Below, piece after piece: positions 59,901-64,000 of a DNA stretch of 64,000 nt. The stretch lies in the NCBI RefSeq assembly GCF_964204645.1, contig NC_134029.1, forward strand, positions 9,512,850 to 9,576,849. Direction: 5' to 3'. The stretch's first letter is position 1. The number at the start of each line of letters is the position of its first letter. Made by a program: the position numbers and the translations under genes. Origin of the DNA: Tubulanus polymorphus. Taxonomy: Eukaryota > Animalia > Nemertea. A model generated the notes under the pieces. It was not told the origin of the DNA. It saw nothing but the letters and a program-made list of their open reading frames with translations, and did not search any database.

Positions 59901-62900
59901 TGAGCTATTCGGTATCGTGATGAACTTGGATTTTACCTGGAATTTTCTGAGGAGTAATTGACACTACATAGTGAAATTTCTGAGTGCTAATGGGTTAATC
60001 AAGCTAAATGAATTTTTTTGTGACAGACATTATTTTGTTTGGAAAAAAATACTCCTGATTTTTCCTACCTCCACATTCATTTTCGAATACAATTGAATTG
60101 AATTTTCATATTTGATGGAATAGAATTGATTGGAATTTGTGAATAGCGCCAATAGTTTTGATCAAGTACGGATAATATTGGGGCATTGTGACAATTCAAA
60201 GTTGATTTATGATACCAGGTGGGTGTGATTATGATAAATCCAATCATTTATTTACGTTTTTCTAACATCATTTTCCAGAAAAGGTGTTGTTGTGACAATC
60301 CAAACACATGGCTTATTAAACATGGTACACGATACTGTGAGAATGACGTGTGCGTGCAGTAATACAAGACCTCTCACACATAATACCTCCACTGAGGCAG
60401 CAAAAATCACAACATCAGTCAGATTTTTCTAACGTCACGAAAAAGCTACTAATTTAGTAATTAAATGAAAGGGAGCTTGCTGTGTGTGTTTGAGCAACCT
60501 ACGAAGTCTGTAACTTAAGTTTTCATGTTTCCTAGAAAAAAGTAAAGCTGGTGATAAATTTTCTATTTGATATTCCCTAGAGCTATTTCTGTAAAAGATC
60601 CTTTAGCCAGAGGAGAAAAATGTAGGTAGGAATGATCCAAGGTATGGCAGCCAAACTAGGCAGTGTCTCTAGCTTCTTGTTTCCTTTTGATTATTTATAA
60701 ATAAATTGCCCATGGGAAAAGTGTGGTTTACCTTGAAAGCTAGAGATTGTTGGGAGTAAGGGCATTGCTTGAAAAATCTTTTAAATTCGTTACCTCAAAG
60801 TTCTAGAAGTTTATATTGTATTTCATCTTTCTTAAAGAATTATTTTGTAGTCAAATAAGACCAAAGAGAAACATTTGTTTATGGTCTACCCCAAAAATTT
60901 CGTAGGGTACAGGTAGGCGCGGCAGGGAAACTATTATATATTTTCAAAAACAGAAAACACAGCGCTCATCTTCTGCTACGATGATTATTCAGCCTGTTAT
61001 CATACCGAACGTGCACGCACCAAGCAGGGGTAAAGCATCACCATCTAGTAGTCTGTATGAGCGTGTGTTTGTGTGTGCAACAGTCTAATGTTTAGCACTC
61101 CCGCGCACGTGGAGGCCTTGTGTAGTGAACATTCGCTTCACTTCAATCTCAATCAACACGATCACCGGGTATTAAAATGAAACAATACCTATGGCGATAT
61201 GTGAATAATGATTCTCTCACCAGCAATGAGCATTCAAAATTCGCACATACGGCACCTAGTCCAATGAAACGTTCGCCATTAATGGCTTTCCCATAATTAT
61301 TTTAGTAGCGCCAGAATTCCCCGTATATCCCAAAAAAGCCAATGACATTCGCTCGTAGAGACGATGCCCCCCAATCGAGGTCATTGCAATTTGATACGCA
61401 AGAGCTAAGGATTTTCCTGCCAAAAACAGATTTTCGTCGAATTTAAACAAAGTTGACCATGTAGTCGACGGAGGTTTGACATGTCTTCAATCGCATCGAT
61501 TATACGTTGTTTAACCCTTACAATACCACCACTGTATGGCATATGGCACAAATTGGCAAGCTAGCATACCCGTACCGTATGTGATACGGTATCGCTTAAC
61601 CATTCTTCTAGAAGGGCATATCTATCAGTATCAGCCGGTGCTGCCATCTGCATAAAATCCAAGATGGCAAAAGCCAGGAAAAAAACAATTTGGCTGGATG
61701 AAACGGTTCAGCAGCTCATATATGATGCTGACAGTGATGCTGGTGACTTGGAATTTGGTAGTGAACAAATTGAGAGTGACAACGAATATGACAGCAGCAG
61801 TTCAGATGATGAGACTTAGTCAGAAAATAGGTTTATAGTGCCGGCAATGATTTTGATGATGAAAATGAAATCAGTGACAATAATGAAGAACCAGAAACTG
61901 TCCATCCTCAAGGTCACATACATCCAAATAATTTGTCTTATTTGTAAGCCCAAAGGTTATCAACACCATGGTATACAATGTATCAGTGTCAAATACATAG
62001 GTAAAAATTTTCTGAGGCCTGAAATTATACGCCAATGAAACCCCTTACATCTGGCCTTCCGACATATCGGTGGAAAAGTGGGTAAATGAGTGGAAAAATA
62101 AATTTTCAGTTGTTCTATTGCTTTGAAATTTTTACTACATAAAGTAACGATATATGGCATACAATTTCAGTTGGAATTGAATAGATCAGTGCATTTTGCT
62201 GGGAGACAGAGCAGTTTATCTGAAACTTTTTTGTGAATTTTTTTCATGGCGGCCATCTTGGAGTATGTGGCCTTGACCTCAAGTTCAATTATATTCAAAT
62301 TATTTATGTCTACTTTGTTGGCCCAAAAGTTATCAACAACATGCTATATAATTTTTCTGTGTCAGATACCTTGGTAACTATTCTATGAAGCCTCAAATAT
62401 ACCCTTATAAACCCCTAAATTCCCTCCGGTATAGCAGCGGAGACACTATGTGGTATTGAAAGGGTTAACCAGAGAACCAATGAAAAAATGCTCACATAAA
62501 AAAAACGTACCGCCATTTTACATGAATTGCCTCAATGCCAACCTCATACTGCTGACAAAGGTAAACCAAAAATAATTGATGTAACCTCGAAAGTTGGGAA
62601 GAAAATTGGGAAAAACAGGAAGATAGGAATGATCCAACATCTGGAAACCAAACTAGGCTGACAAGCATACTAGAATGGTATTTGGCAAACAGTAAGAACT
62701 TGCCTGAAATGCTGCCTGCCCGGTCACTTGGGCATACAGGTTTCCTTTATAAATGAGAAAAACGTTATCATTTTTGTTTGGCCTGAGCACCTAACAAAAA
62801 GTTCCAAAATCGAAGCCCCCAACAATATGTCTAGCTGCGGGCCTGCAAAACCAAAGATACCAAACCGGTAGGCCATGAAATCTCCTAGTTTGCATTTGAA

Positions 62901-63662
62901 ACTAAGCGCCTTGACTGATACGAGTGTGTAGTATTTCTAAAATTCTAACTGTGGCACCGTTTAGAAGGTTTACTAAAGCTTAAAGTATTATCATCATTAT
63001 TCAAGTACTTCATCAGGAAATACAATGAATAAGTATATGTAACATCACATCTGGGGATTACGAGACTTACAGGTGGAGGCTCCAGTAACTTGCTAAGCTC
63101 TACTTTTTTCCCATCCTGAAGATCATCTTTCATGATAGTCCGTAATATACTAGCGGCTGCTTTATGCTCAGCTGGTAGTAGATTACTACAGCACACCATC
63201 TCCTCAAGCACATCTTTCACTCGTTGTTTCAAACCAGGATCAGATTCAAAGTCCTAGAATGTTATCAGATAATTTCAAATGATCTGCATTCCTATATTCA
63301 GACTCATAGACATCATAAAACTCAATCAGTACCAGGTATATGTCAGAAATTTCTGAACTTACCGATGAATGCTTTGATACCCAATGTTTTAGCACATTTA
63401 GAACTCTCATAGTTGCAGCTGTACTGATCACTGATTCACGTTTTTTCACAAACGGTTTCAAATCTGTAGCACCTAATAGAAACCATACACACACACTTTC
63501 AAACGTTGTAGCTCTGAGCATATCTTCACTTTACTTATTGATAATAACAAAACGTACTGACCTGCACTCGGGTACCGACTAACAGTACGTGGATGACCAG
63601 GTGGGTTCGCTGCTCCCGCTGTCGCTACAGCAAAAGCTGACGCAGCAGCCGTACTGCTAGAT
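50904..63662 (-). CDS. RASGRF: Ras-specific guanine nucleotide-releasing factor (RasGRF1/2-like), last 10 coding exons (REM C-part and CDC25 domain); 5' part beyond window
   Basis: Exons 63562-63662, 63363-63472, 63071-63253, 59506-59603, 57660-57744, 56535-56732, 56207-56286, 51672-51789, 51515-51583, 50904-51056 with consistent phases. Motifs [89 protein letters not shown] and SLMIEPR. Confidence 0.94.
52030..52630. mobile_element. Tc1/mariner-pogo-type MITE, 601 bp
   Basis: Perfect TIR CCGTATTTTCCGGCCAATAAGCCG with TA on both flanks. Internal copies of cggcttattgg. Confidence 0.85.
52850..56185 (-). mobile_element. Decayed DIRS1-type remnant in a RasGRF intron (RT/RH/MT at 55110-56185, YR N-part at 52850-53363)
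   Basis: Frameshifted motifs [18 protein letters not shown]...[55 protein letters not shown]...DWKW and VIDFFHFLF occur in the same order as in the intact element. Confidence 0.75.
53364..55108 (+). mobile_element. HINE-like insertion splitting the DIRS remnant
   Basis: Head aacaagaggcccacgggccttataccttcatgac. The terminal hairpin accttcatgactacgtcatgaaggt at 55079-55103 matches the 5' subterminal motif. Confidence 0.65.
61515..62464 (+). mobile_element. Internally deleted piggyBac element, 950 bp
   Basis: TTAA TSD (61511-61514, 62465-62468) and TIR CCCTTACAATACCAC matching 14/15. It keeps an acidic N-terminal remnant ([51 protein letters not shown]) and a Cys-containing C-terminal remnant (ICLICKPKG). 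Confidence 0.85.
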
Positions 63663-64000
63663 CTGATAAAAAATCCAGCATAAAGAAAATTAATGAACAG
63701 TTTCAAATGTTGTACATAAACTTGGGGAGTGTTCGCAACTGGCAGATCTAAAATATGGATGTATAAGTAAGAACAGATATTCCTTGAAAACAATTTGAAA
63801 CAGAGAACATCTGGATACCTTCAAAAGCTCAGTTACCCAGTTAATACATTTAAAAAAGTAAGATCAAATTATGTTAGGTATGGAGCCATAATCATGGCTG
63901 CTGTTGATGAATATAAGTAGTAGTGCATACAACTCGCTGGAACATTAATACTATGTGGTTAAATAATGATGATTCCATTACCTAAGGCAAGATATTGCAT

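Overview
AT-rich eukaryotic genomic DNA from an invertebrate animal (lophotrochozoan-like repeat landscape; species not determinable here). Manual splicing recovers four host genes: a complete 12-exon COPS2/CSN2 (minus, 24446->6384, 443 aa); a complete 5-exon DDA1 (plus, 25209->31741, 101 aa, mostly missed by the ORF track) head-to-head with COPS2; an intronless USE1 SNARE CDS starting only 97 nt after the DDA1 stop; and the 3' ten coding exons of a RasGRF-type GEF (minus). The last COPS2 intron holds an apparently intact 6.1-kb DIRS1-type tyrosine-recombinase retrotransposon (gag, RT-RNaseH-DAM-like, YR, ITRs, ICR), nested inside a small TIR element with a 6-bp TSD. Also present: a truncated class A GPCR abutting a probable EnSpm/CACTA end, a decayed second DIRS, a deleted piggyBac, several MITEs, Helentron-type (HINE) satellite-carrying elements and a tRNA-derived SINE. 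The most notable candidates are a DDA1-USE1 bicistronic unit and a shared bidirectional promoter for two cullin-RING ligase regulators. All family assignments come from motif recognition by eye; no database search was run.
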